Assembly (NCBI GenBank): GCA_965261085.1
Contig: OZ253442.1
Coordinates: 512,001 to 576,000, forward strand
Direction of reading: 5' to 3'
DNA: 64,000 bases
Origin: a bacterium
GTDB taxonomy: Bacteria; UBA8248
Of this stretch, positions 27,341 to 36,980 are shown in pieces; position 1 is the first letter of the stretch; every line of letters starts with the position of its first letter. A model generated the notes under the pieces. It did no database searches. It saw nothing but the letters and a program-made list of their open reading frames with translations, and was not told where the DNA came from. Made by a program: the position numbers and the translations under genes.

Positions 27341-28485
27341 TAAGCGCTCACCTCTAAATTCACGGTCTGCTCCGTGAAGCGGAAGACGCCGAGCGCGTTC
27401 TCGCCCATTATCTTCCGGCGGCCCGCATCGCTTAAGAAGGGAAGATCGGCGATGGCCGAGGGTTCGTCGTAATCGAAATGGGGCCAGTCGCTCGCGAACA
27501 GGAAGGTGTTCTCCGCATCGAGTATCTCGAAGAACATCCGGAGTTGTTTTCTCGGCATCTCCTCCATCGGCTGGGTGCCGAAGTAGAAATCCTTGATGTA
27601 TTCGCTCGGCAGCTTTCTGAGCAGGGGGGCCTCCACCCGCCGTCTCATGTATTCGGTGTCCAGGCGGTACATGAGGCCCGCCACCCAGGTGATGCCGCTT
27701 TCCTGAAAAACGATCTTGATATCCGGGAACCGCTCGGGCACGCCCTCCATCACCATGCTCACCAGTTGCACCTGGTTGCACCACGTCATATCCAGCGCGT
27801 GGCTCTCGACGAAGGAGGGAAACTTGGCGAAGCTCGAAAGGTCCGGCCCCAGGAAGTTCGCGTGCAAGACGATGGGTAGCCCGTGTTGCTGCGCCGCCTC
27901 GTAGATGGGGTTGTACGCCTCGGACCCTAAGGGAAGCTCCACGCTTCCGAGCATCTCCACCCCGCACACGGCGGGCTCTCCCGCCACGCGGTCTATCATC
28001 TTCGCTGCGCGCTCGGGGTCGCGCCCCGAGGCCACCAGCAGCGTGTAGACGCCGGCTTCGGGCGCGCACACGCCGTCGAGCATATAGTCGATGTAGCCGT
28101 TGCAAATATCCATCGCGTGGTTCGGGTTGCGCACGAACTCGACCATGAGCATGTAGGTGGGAATCATGACGATGGTGTCGATGCCGAAGCGCTCCATCAC
28201 GACGGGGATGTCGGCGGGACTGGACATGCCGAGCATCTCGTCCTGATCCCCTTTGCCTGCTTCGGCGCCCCGCACGGTGCGGCCGTGGAGCATGACGTCG
28301 TACTGATCCCCCACCAGGGCCGGCATGTGGTATTGCCCGCTCCAGTCGGCGAAACGCTCGGCGGCGGGGCCTTTCAAGTATTTTGCGAAATCCCGGATTT
28401 CCTCGAGATAGTGCGCGTCGGCGTCCACGACGTGCATTCCCCGATAGCCCATGACTTTCTCCTCGAGCTTCCAGTCGATTTTCAT
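27340..28485 (-). CDS. Amidohydrolase-2 (TIM barrel) protein, candidate dinuclear metallo-oxygenase
   Basis: VVDADAH, VLH, QESG, FASDWPHFD. Confidence 0.88.
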   Translation of the reverse strand: MKIDWKLEEKVMGYRGMHVVDADAHYLEEIRDFAKYLKGPAAERFADWSGQYHMPALVGDQYDVMLHGRTVRGAEAGKGDQDEMLGMSSPADIPVVMERFGIDTIVMIPTYMLMVEFVRNPNHAMDICNGYIDYMLDGVCAPEAGVYTLLVASGRDPERAAKMIDRVAGEPAVCGVEMLGSVELPLGSEAYNPIYEAAQQHGLPIVLHANFLGPDLSSFAKFPSFVESHALDMTWCNQVQLVSMVMEGVPERFPDIKIVFQESGITWVAGLMYRLDTEYMRRRVEAPLLRKLPSEYIKDFYFGTQPMEEMPRKQLRMFFEILDAENTFLFASDWPHFDYDEPSAIADLPFLSDAGRRKIMGENALGVFRFTEQTVNLEVSA

Positions 28486-28558
28486 AGAGTCTTGTCGATG
28501 ATAGCATTCCCCTTAATTCCTGAACACGCTGGCGAACACTTCATTCTGAGGATTTCCC

Positions 28559-29770
28559 ATGAACGATGAAAAAACCGCGCACATGCCGCTTGCGGGCGTG
28601 CGGGTCGTGGACATCTCGAACTATCTGGCGGGGCCGCTCTCGACCATGTATCTCTCCGATTACGGTGCTGAGGTCGTCAAGATCGAAAACCCGAAGGGCG
28701 GAGACCCCATGCGCCTCTGGGGCCACAACAAAAACGGCGTGGGCCTCTACTACAAGATGATCAACCGCAACAAGAAAAGCGTGACGCTCGACCTGAGAAC
28801 CCCCTTCGGCGTGGAGGCGGTCAAAAAACTCGTGAAAGAGGCCGACGTCGTGGTGGAGAACTACCGCACCGGCGTGCTCGAAAAATGGGGGCTGGACTAC
28901 GAGGCGCTCAAAGAGGTAAACCCCGCCGTCATCATGCTCTCCATCACGGGATTCGGCAGAACGGGGCCTTATAAGAACCGCCCCGGTTTCGGCTCTCTGG
29001 CCGAGGCTTTCGCGGGCTTCAGCCACATCAACGGCTACGCGGACGGCCCGCCCCTGAGCCCCTCCTGGGGGCTGGGGGATTGCTCCACGGGCATCGCGGC
29101 GGCGTTTTTGGTGATGGTCGCCCTGTTCGAGCGCGAGCGAAGGGGCGGCGCGGGCCAGCAAATAGATCTGGCGATTTACGAGCAGTTGCTCACCATGCTG
29201 GGCCCCCAGGTAATCTATTACGATCAACTCGGCTTCATCCAGGGCAGAAGCGGCTCGCGCCTCGAGTTCGCGGTGCCCAGAAACAACTTTCAGACCGCAG
29301 ACGGCCAGTGGGTGCTCATCGCTGGCTCGAACCAGTCCATCTTCGAGAACATCTGCAAGGGTCTGGGGCGCGAAGATTTAATCGCAGACCCCAGGTTCGC
29401 GAACAACCGGGAACGCATGAAGAACGCGGACGCCATCGAAGAAGAACTCCAGAAGACGCTCAAGACCCTGACGCTCGATGAGGTGATGGAGCGATTGACG
29501 GCCTTCGAGGGCGCGGCCACCCCCATCAACAACGTGGAGATGGTGGTGGAGAACGAGCAGGTCATCGCGCGCGGGAACATCACCGAGGTGGAGGATGCGG
29601 AACTCGGAGGCCCGGTGCGGATGCAGGAGGCCTTCGGCAAGCTATCGCGCACGCCCGGCAAGGTCCGCCACGCGGGCGAGCCTTTAGGCAACAGCAACCG
29701 CGAGGTATTGAGTGATCGCCTGGGCTACTCGGAGGAAAAGCTCAAAAGCGAGGGAATCGACTTAGGCTGA
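28559..29770 (+). CDS. Family III CoA transferase (CaiB/BaiF)
   Basis: PLAGVRVVD, GAEVVKIE, NRNKKSVTLDL, VENYR. Confidence 0.95.
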   Translation: MNDEKTAHMPLAGVRVVDISNYLAGPLSTMYLSDYGAEVVKIENPKGGDPMRLWGHNKNGVGLYYKMINRNKKSVTLDLRTPFGVEAVKKLVKEADVVVENYRTGVLEKWGLDYEALKEVNPAVIMLSITGFGRTGPYKNRPGFGSLAEAFAGFSHINGYADGPPLSPSWGLGDCSTGIAAAFLVMVALFERERRGGAGQQIDLAIYEQLLTMLGPQVIYYDQLGFIQGRSGSRLEFAVPRNNFQTADGQWVLIAGSNQSIFENICKGLGREDLIADPRFANNRERMKNADAIEEELQKTLKTLTLDEVMERLTAFEGAATPINNVEMVVENEQVIARGNITEVEDAELGGPVRMQEAFGKLSRTPGKVRHAGEPLGNSNREVLSDRLGYSEEKLKSEGIDLG

Positions 29771-29794
29771 CCGAGGGCCGCCCTCCCGCGCTTC

Positions 29795-30787
29795 CTAGAA
29801 CCGCACGGCCAGCTCATCCACCGCCTGGCTGGTGCGGGCGTCCTCATCCACCAGAAGCCACTCGGGCGTAGGCGTCTTCTTGAAGCTCTTGCCCGCCTTT
29901 AACACCGTGCCGTGTAAGGGCGCTTCCATGGCGGCGGCCAGCTTTTCCGCCAGGCCGATCAGGGCGTCGACGTTCACGCCCGTTTCCACTTCCATCAGCC
30001 AGAGCATGTGGGCCAGATCCTCGGTGGATATGTTGCCCGAAGCGTTCGGTGCGAAGGGGCACCCTCCGATGCCGCCCAGAGAACCGTCCAGCACGTCCGC
30101 TCCCGCCTGCATCGAGGCCAGGGCGTTGGCGAGGCCCATGCCGCGCGTGTTGTGGAGGTGCACGACGAGGCCCTTCTCCGGCCAGCGAGCTTTAAGTTCA
30201 CTCACCATGCGCGCCATCCGCGCGGGATCGCCCATGCCCATCGAATCGCACAGGAAAAATTCATCCACGCCCAGTCCGTCGTATTTCCCGGCGATGTCGT
30301 AGACCACTTCTTCCGCCACGCGCCCGGTGTAGGGACACCCCGTCGAGAGGCTTATCGCCCCGCTGAAGGGGATGCCCGCGCCTTTCACGATTTTCGAGAT
30401 TTTGGCCATCTCATCGAGGCTCTGCTTGACGGAGCGGTTCACGTTCGCGCGGTTGTGGACGTCCGTGATGGAGATGACCTGCTGCACCCCGTCGCTCCCT
30501 GCGTCCACCGCCCGTCGCGCGCCTCGCTCGTTGGCGACCAGGCTCTCGTAGGTGACGCCCGGCTTTCTCTTGATGCGGCGCATTACCTCGTCGGCATCCG
30601 CGGTGGCGGGAACCGCCTTTGGGTTCATGAAGCTCGTGGCCTCGATGCGGCGAATGCCCGCATCCGCGAGTCCTTCGATGATCTCGACTTTCAGTTCGGT
30701 GGGCAGCACCTGTTTCAGGTTCTGGATGCCGTCGCGCATGACGACGTCGCGCACCAGAACGTTCGGGGGAAGTTCGGGGTTCGACAT
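29795..30787 (-). CDS. Hydroxymethylglutaryl-CoA lyase family (DRE-TIM)
   Basis: RDGIQN, HLHNTRG, GGIGGCPFAPNASGN. Confidence 0.93.
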   Translation of the reverse strand: MSNPELPPNVLVRDVVMRDGIQNLKQVLPTELKVEIIEGLADAGIRRIEATSFMNPKAVPATADADEVMRRIKRKPGVTYESLVANERGARRAVDAGSDGVQQVISITDVHNRANVNRSVKQSLDEMAKISKIVKGAGIPFSGAISLSTGCPYTGRVAEEVVYDIAGKYDGLGVDEFFLCDSMGMGDPARMARMVSELKARWPEKGLVVHLHNTRGMGLANALASMQAGADVLDGSLGGIGGCPFAPNASGNISTEDLAHMLWLMEVETGVNVDALIGLAEKLAAAMEAPLHGTVLKAGKSFKKTPTPEWLLVDEDARTSQAVDELAVRF

Positions 30788-30812
30788 GGGAAGTACCCTC
30801 CCACCAGGGGCG

Positions 30813-31742
30813 CTAGTCGGCCAGGCGCTTCATTCTCGGGTCGAGCACGTCGCGCAGCCAGTCGCCCAGAATGTTCACGCTCAACACCGTGAGCATGAGG
30901 ATGAGGCCCGGGAAGAGAGCAATCCACCAGGCCGTGTCGAGAAAACTCCTGCCGTCGGCGAGCATTCCGCCCCACGTCGGTGTGGGAGGCGGCACGCCCA
31001 GCCCCAGGAAGGAAAGAGCGGATTCGATGATGATCATCCGGCCCAGGTACAGGGTGGCGATGACGATGGTCGTAGAAGCCACGTTCGGGAAAAGATAAAT
31101 GAACAAAATCCGCAGCGTGCCGCAGCCCGTGGCCCTCGCTCCCGTGATGAACTCGTTCTCCTTGATGGAGAGAACCTCCGCGCGCACCACCCGCGCGTAG
31201 ACGAGCCAGGTCCTGAGCGCGATGACCAGAACGATGTTCTGAAGGCTCGGCCCCAGTATCGCCACCAGGCTGATGGCCAGGAGGATGAAGGGAACGGCCA
31301 GCGCCGTATCGATGATGCGGCTGATGACGGTGTCCACCCAGCCGCCGAAATAGCCCGCGAAGATGCCCACCGTGATGCCGATGACCCCGCTCACGATGAC
31401 GGCGGCGATGCCCACGATGAGCGAGATGCGCGAACCCCAGATGATGCGGCTCAGGATGTCGCGGCCCTGCTGGTCCGTACCCAGCCAGTAGACGTCGCCC
31501 GCCTTGTCGACGAAGCCGGGTGCCTTGAGGTATCGCCCCAAATCCTGCGAGAGCGGGTCCAGCGGGGAGAACAACCCGGGCACGAGGGCGAAGATGATGA
31601 CGAGGACGAGGAAGACCGCGCCGAAGACCGCCGGCGGCCTGCGCTTGAGTTCATGCATGGCGAGTTGAAAATCACTCGGCCCGCGTTCCATGTCCTCATC
31701 GATTTCGATGTTGAGCGTCGCCGCCCTGTCGTCGACAACCAT
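30813..31742 (-). CDS. Peptide/nickel-type ABC permease (DppC/OppC-like)
   Basis: LGTDQQGRD, ESALSFLGLG, GDWLRDVLDP. Confidence 0.94.
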   Translation of the reverse strand: MVVDDRAATLNIEIDEDMERGPSDFQLAMHELKRRPPAVFGAVFLVLVIIFALVPGLFSPLDPLSQDLGRYLKAPGFVDKAGDVYWLGTDQQGRDILSRIIWGSRISLIVGIAAVIVSGVIGITVGIFAGYFGGWVDTVISRIIDTALAVPFILLAISLVAILGPSLQNIVLVIALRTWLVYARVVRAEVLSIKENEFITGARATGCGTLRILFIYLFPNVASTTIVIATLYLGRMIIIESALSFLGLGVPPPTPTWGGMLADGRSFLDTAWWIALFPGLILMLTVLSVNILGDWLRDVLDPRMKRLAD

Positions 31743-31758
31743 AAGACGTTCCTATTCC

Positions 31759-32778
31759 CTAGCTATAAGAAATTCTCGGGTCGAGCCATGCGTAGAGTAT
31801 GTCCACCACGAGATTCACGAAAACGAACACGAACGCCAGCAGGGCCACCGCCGCCTGAACGATGGGGTAGTCCTGGTTGTTGATGGCGTCCACCACCAGA
31901 AAGCCCACGCCCGGCCACGCGAAGACGGCTTCGGTCACCACCGTGCCGCCGAGCAGAATGCCCAGTTCGAAACCCACCAGGGTGACGACGGGAATCGATG
32001 CGTTCTTCAGGGCGTGGCGAACCACCACGAGCCATTCCACGATTCCCTTCGAGCGCGCCGTGCGCACGTAGTCCATGCCCAGCACGTCGAGCATCTGGGA
32101 GCGCACCAGGCGCGTGATGCGCGCGGTGGCGTACAGGCCCGCCGTGACCGCCGGCAGGATGATGTAATACCAGGCGTCAAACCCCGACGTGGGCAGCCAG
32201 CCCAGGTACACGGCGAAGACGATGATGAGCACAAGGCCGAGCCAGAAGTTCGGCATCGACTGGCCGAACATCGCCCCGATCGAGCTGGTGTAGTCGATCC
32301 ACGTGTTGCGGAAGGTGGCCGATAAGACCCCGGCGGGTATGGAGATCACCACGGCTATGAGCACCGCCACCAGGGCGAGGAGAACCGTGTTGGGGAAATG
32401 CTCCAGCACGAGGCCCATCGCCGGAATTTCGTGCCTGTAGGAAAAACCGAAATCCCCTCGGATCACGCCCTTGGTTCTGACAATCTTGGGCGCGTCGTTG
32501 TCTCGGTCGGCCTCGTCGATCTGCACCTTCGGTCTCTCGGAGCCGAGCAGATCGTCCACCAGATCCGAGCCCAGTATAAACTTGGCGAACTGAATCGGTA
32601 TGGACTGATCGAAGCCCATCTCCTTGCTGAAGGCCTGGATATCCTCTTCCGTGGAATCGAGCGGCATCAACACGGCGGCGGGGTTCCCGGTAATCTGGAG
32701 CATCGAGAACACGATGACCAGTATCGCCGCAAAAACGATGAAACTTTGCAGGCAGCGTCTGATGATATAAGTGCGCAT
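31759..32778 (-). CDS. Peptide/nickel-type ABC permease (DppB/OppB-like)
   Basis: GDFGFSY, DYVRTARSKG, EAVFAWPG, LDPRI. Confidence 0.94.
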   Translation of the reverse strand: MRTYIIRRCLQSFIVFAAILVIVFSMLQITGNPAAVLMPLDSTEEDIQAFSKEMGFDQSIPIQFAKFILGSDLVDDLLGSERPKVQIDEADRDNDAPKIVRTKGVIRGDFGFSYRHEIPAMGLVLEHFPNTVLLALVAVLIAVVISIPAGVLSATFRNTWIDYTSSIGAMFGQSMPNFWLGLVLIIVFAVYLGWLPTSGFDAWYYIILPAVTAGLYATARITRLVRSQMLDVLGMDYVRTARSKGIVEWLVVVRHALKNASIPVVTLVGFELGILLGGTVVTEAVFAWPGVGFLVVDAINNQDYPIVQAAVALLAFVFVFVNLVVDILYAWLDPRISYS

Positions 32779-33040
32779 GGCTGAACCTTTACTCAAAAAC
32801 GATTGAAAACACCGACTTTATATGAAGTACCATTTATCCCTTTCTTTCCCCGGCTCGTCAAGAGCCATGCCTCTATGCTCCCTTGCGCGCGCACTTCATC
32901 CCACAGACCTCCACATGCCGGACAACTCCCCCGCATCATGGACAACCCGCGCTTTCCTTCTGTAGGATGCGGAAATTGCGATGCGCGTCCCCCCATACAT
33001 ACGCCATTCTTTATTATTCAGTCATAAAAAGGAGACCTCC

Positions 33041-34024
33041 ATGAAACTCGCCACCTACCGGAATCTCTCGCCGGGCGCCACAGGAGACCGCCTGGGAGCC
33101 GTCCTGGCCGACGGGAGAACCCTCGACCTGCGGCTCGCCTACGCGAGCTATCTCGTCGAAAAAGAGGGCGAAGGACGCCCCTACGCCATGGCGAACGCGC
33201 GGATTCCCAGGGACATGCGCGATTTTCTCTGCGGAGGAGAGCCGGCCCTCGCCGCCGCGGGTGCGGCGATCGGCCACGCGGAGGCCATCATCGCATCGGG
33301 CGGAGACCCTGCGGGGCCGGATGGAGAGCTCGCCGCCCTGAAGGACAGGCACGTGCGCTTAAAAGCGCCGATTCCCCACCCCGGCAAGTTTTTTCACACC
33401 GGGCTCAACTCGAACAAGCACGTCGCGAACACGGGCCATGCGGTTCCCGAAAACGTGCCGGGCGCGCCGCGCTTCGACACCTCGCTCGTCGGCCACGAGG
33501 AGCCGGTACTCTATCCCAAACAAACCAAAATGCTCGACTACGAGGTGGAGGTCGGCATCATCATCGGTAAATACTGTAAGGACGTGAAGCCGGAGGACGC
33601 CTTCAACGTCATCATGGGCTATACGGTCTACAACGACATCACGGCGCGCGAGGTGCAGCGAACCCCCGCTCTGGGCGGCGTGTTCCTCGGGAAAAACTTC
33701 GACACCACCAACCCCATCGGCCCCTACATCGTCACGGCGGACGAGGTGCCGAACCCCGAATCGCTACGCGTGCAATGCCGGGTGAACGGCGAGACGCGCC
33801 AGGATGAGCTGTTGACCGACATGATCTTCAAGATACCCGAGCTCATCGCCTTCTACAGCCAGATGTCGTTGGAACCCGGAGACATCATCTCATCGGGCAC
33901 GTTCTGCGGCGTGGCCTTAGAGCAGGAAGACCCTGAGCCGTTTCTTCTCAAGCCGGGAGACGTGGTGGAGTGCGAGGTCGAGCACGTGGGGGTCCTGAGA
34001 AACCCCATCGTCGCTCAGGACTGA
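33041..34024 (+). CDS. Fumarylacetoacetate hydrolase family protein
   Basis: LDYEVE, YNDITAR, GKNFDT, PGDIISSGT. Confidence 0.93.
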   Translation: MKLATYRNLSPGATGDRLGAVLADGRTLDLRLAYASYLVEKEGEGRPYAMANARIPRDMRDFLCGGEPALAAAGAAIGHAEAIIASGGDPAGPDGELAALKDRHVRLKAPIPHPGKFFHTGLNSNKHVANTGHAVPENVPGAPRFDTSLVGHEEPVLYPKQTKMLDYEVEVGIIIGKYCKDVKPEDAFNVIMGYTVYNDITAREVQRTPALGGVFLGKNFDTTNPIGPYIVTADEVPNPESLRVQCRVNGETRQDELLTDMIFKIPELIAFYSQMSLEPGDIISSGTFCGVALEQEDPEPFLLKPGDVVECEVEHVGVLRNPIVAQD

Positions 34025-34027
34025 GGA

Positions 34028-35011
34028 TCAGACGGAAACGCCAAGCGCCTTGCGGACCGCGGCGATGACTTTCTCCGTGCTGGGGAGCACGAATTTTTCG
34101 AGTTTGGTCTGAACGGGTATGGGCGCCATGAGCGCGGCGACGCGCCCGATGGGGGCGTCCAGGTATTCAAAAACCGATTCCTGTATGGTGGCTGAAATCT
34201 CGGCCGCCACCCCGCTTCTCAAGTGGCCTTCTTCCACGATGACGCAGCGGCTCGTCTTGCGCACGGAATTCGTGATGGTCGCAACGTCCAATGGCGAGAG
34301 CGAGCGCGGGTCGATGACTTCGCAATCTATCCCCTCTCCCGCCAGAGCCTCCGCCGCCTCCAGGCAATGGCGCATCTGGTAGCCGATTCCCACAATGGTG
34401 ACGTCGCCTCCTTCGCGCTTCACGTCGGCCACCCCGATGGGGATGGTGTAATCGCCTTCTGGCACCATTTGTTTCGTCTTTTGCGCGTAGAGCAGCCTGT
34501 GTTCGATGAACATAACGGGGTTGTCATCTCGAACGGCGGCCTTGAGCAGCCCCTTGGCGTCGGGCGGGCAGCTTGGATACAGGACTTTCAGTCCCGGCAC
34601 CTGCATGAACCACGCCTCGAGCGATTGTCCGTGCGTCGCGCCATACTGAAGGCCCGCGCCGCTGGGTATCCTCGCCACCATGGGAACGGAAAGCTGTCCG
34701 CCCAGCATGTAGCGGAGTTTCGCCGCCTGGTTCACGATGGGATCCAGCGCATAGGTGGCGAAATCCATGAAACGCAAATCCACGATGGGCCTGAAGCCCG
34801 CCATCGCCGCGCCCACGCCCGCCCCCGTGAAGCCGAGTTCACAGATGGGCGTATCGCGCACCCGGTCCCGTCCGAAGCGATCGGCCAGCCCCGCGCACAC
34901 GCCGAAATAATCGAACACCACGTCCTCGCCCATCAGGAAGACTTTCTCGTCGCGCTCCATCTCCTCATGGAGCGCCTCGTTCAAGGCTTCGACATAGGTG
35001 CGTTCCGGCAT
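34028..35011 (-). CDS. ThDP-dependent dehydrogenase E1 beta subunit (AcoB/PdhB-like), copy 2
   Basis: MGEDV, RDTPICE, NQAAK, THGQSLE. Confidence 0.94.
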   Translation of the reverse strand: MPERTYVEALNEALHEEMERDEKVFLMGEDVVFDYFGVCAGLADRFGRDRVRDTPICELGFTGAGVGAAMAGFRPIVDLRFMDFATYALDPIVNQAAKLRYMLGGQLSVPMVARIPSGAGLQYGATHGQSLEAWFMQVPGLKVLYPSCPPDAKGLLKAAVRDDNPVMFIEHRLLYAQKTKQMVPEGDYTIPIGVADVKREGGDVTIVGIGYQMRHCLEAAEALAGEGIDCEVIDPRSLSPLDVATITNSVRKTSRCVIVEEGHLRSGVAAEISATIQESVFEYLDAPIGRVAALMAPIPVQTKLEKFVLPSTEKVIAAVRKALGVSV

Positions 35012-35022
35012 TTCAAAATTCC

Positions 35023-35991
35023 TCAGGCGAAAATGTCCTCGAGCGCCACGCTTTCATCGGGCTCGGGGCTGTTCTCCGCAAACTCGACCGCTTGGCTTAT
35101 CTCCGCTTCCACCGCATCGGCATGCGCTTTTTTTTGCTTCTCCGTCATCTTGAGCATATTCTCGCACACGATGAGTGGGTCTCTTTCTTTCCACTCCTGC
35201 CATTCCTCTTTCGTGCGGTACACGCCGTAGTGCGGATCGCCGCGCGAGTGGCCGAAAAACCGGTACGTCTTCGCTTCGATCAGGCTCGGACCTGCGCCGC
35301 GCCGCGCGTGGGCCACGGCCTCGCGGCTCGCCTCGTACACCGCCACCACGTCCATGCCGTCCACCGTCAGGCCGGGGGCGTCATAACCTTTCGAGCGCAC
35401 ACTGATGTCGTCGACTGAGGTGGAATACTCCGCAGGCACGCTGACGGCGTACTGGTTATTCTCGCAGAAAAAGACGACCGGCAGCTTCCAGATGGCGCAC
35501 AGGTTCATCGCCTCGTGAAACGCCCCGTTGTTCGAAGCCCCGTCGCCGAAGAAAACCACCGCCACGCGGTCTTTCCCCTCGAGTTGATACGCGAGGCCGA
35601 TGCCCGCCGCCATCGGCATGTTCGCGCCCACGATGGAATGCGCGCCGTAGTGGCCCCTCGATACGTCGGCGATGTGCATCGAGCCACCTTTGGAGCGGCA
35701 AAGGCCGGTCACCTTTCCCATCAGCTCGGCCAGCATCTCGGGCAGGCGCGTTCCCTTGGCGATGGAGTGGCCATGCCCCCGGTGAGTGGTGAGCACGGCG
35801 TCATCTTCTCTTAAGGCCGCGCACACGCCGGCCGAACACGCCTCCTGCCCGATGCTCACGTGCACCCCACCCACCACCTTGCCCGCCATGTAGAGATCAT
35901 CCGCCGTCTCCTCGAAGCGGCGGATTCTCAGCATGGTGCGATACATTTCGCCCAATCGTTTTCGGGACAACCTGGAAGTCGACCTGGCCAA
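35023..35991 (-). CDS. ThDP-dependent dehydrogenase E1 alpha subunit (AcoA/PdhA-like), copy 2
   Basis: HVSIGQEA, THRGHGH, KGGSMH, GDGA...N ThDP motif, GHS; probable TTG start. Confidence 0.93.
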   Translation of the reverse strand: MARSTSRLSRKRLGEMYRTMLRIRRFEETADDLYMAGKVVGGVHVSIGQEACSAGVCAALREDDAVLTTHRGHGHSIAKGTRLPEMLAELMGKVTGLCRSKGGSMHIADVSRGHYGAHSIVGANMPMAAGIGLAYQLEGKDRVAVVFFGDGASNNGAFHEAMNLCAIWKLPVVFFCENNQYAVSVPAEYSTSVDDISVRSKGYDAPGLTVDGMDVVAVYEASREAVAHARRGAGPSLIEAKTYRFFGHSRGDPHYGVYRTKEEWQEWKERDPLIVCENMLKMTEKQKKAHADAVEAEISQAVEFAENSPEPDESVALEDIFA

Positions 35992-36001
35992 GACAAACCC
36001 T

Positions 36002-36973
36002 CTAAGAAAGTATCTTTTTCGCCGCCGCAACGATTTTCTCCGTGCTGGGCAGGACGATAGCTTCCAGTTTCGTGTGAACCGGCACGGGAACGTCGAGAGC
36101 TGCTACGCGAATAATAGGAGCTTCGAGCGCGCTGAAGGCCACCTCCTGGATCGAGGCGGCTATTTCAGCACCCACCCCGCCGCTCTTGTGCCCTTCTTCG
36201 GCAATGACGCACTTGCCCGTCTTCCGGACTGAGGCCGCAAGCCCTTCCACGTCCAAGGGGTTGATGGTTCTGGGATCCACCACTTCGGCGTCGACGCCCT
36301 CCTTGGCGAGTACATCCGCCGCCTCCAGGCAATTGCGCGCCTGGCTTCCCACCCCGATGAGGGTAATGTCCGAGCCCTCTCTTTTCACCGCCGCCACCCC
36401 GATGGGCTCGGTATGATCCCCCTCCGGCTCGGGGCCTTCCAGGGAGTAGAGCGCGCGGTACTCCACGAAGAGCACGGGGTTGTCCTCCCTGATGGCGGAT
36501 TTCAAAAGCCCCTTCGCGTCCGCGGGGTCGCTCGGCACGATGACGCGCAGCCCCGGCACCTGGATGAACCAGGCCTCGAGACACTGGCTGTGCGTCGGGC
36601 CGTTCTGGGAGCCGCCGCCCTCGGACGCCCTGATCACCAGGGGCACGCTCACCTGGCCGCCGAGCATGTAGCGCAGCTTTGCCGCCTGGTTCGCGATGGG
36701 GTCGATGGCCAGCATCATGAAATCGATGCGCCGTATGTCGAGCACGGGCCGGTAGCCCGCCATCGCGGCGCCGACGGCGGCGCCGGTGAAACCCAGTTCG
36801 CTGATGGGCGTGTTGCGCACGCGCTCGTGTCCGAACCTGTCGCCCAGGCCCGCCGTGGCGGGAGAGATGGAAGAAAGCGTCACGTCCTCACCCATCAGGA
36901 ATACTTTTTCATCGCGCTCCATTTCCTCATGGAGCGCCTCGTTAATCGCAGTCGAAAATGAAATCGTACGCAT
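36002..36973 (-). CDS. ThDP-dependent dehydrogenase E1 beta subunit, copy 1
   Basis: RNTPISE, NQAAK, THSQCLE. Confidence 0.94.
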   Translation of the reverse strand: MRTISFSTAINEALHEEMERDEKVFLMGEDVTLSSISPATAGLGDRFGHERVRNTPISELGFTGAAVGAAMAGYRPVLDIRRIDFMMLAIDPIANQAAKLRYMLGGQVSVPLVIRASEGGGSQNGPTHSQCLEAWFIQVPGLRVIVPSDPADAKGLLKSAIREDNPVLFVEYRALYSLEGPEPEGDHTEPIGVAAVKREGSDITLIGVGSQARNCLEAADVLAKEGVDAEVVDPRTINPLDVEGLAASVRKTGKCVIAEEGHKSGGVGAEIAASIQEVAFSALEAPIIRVAALDVPVPVHTKLEAIVLPSTEKIVAAAKKILS

Positions 36974-36980
36974 CTTCACC

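Noticed and set aside
26963-28507. 514-aa ORF as a large Rieske fusion
   Set aside because: The first 389 codons are an Arg/Gly-rich alternative frame of the amidohydrolase gene; only 26963-27340 is credible.
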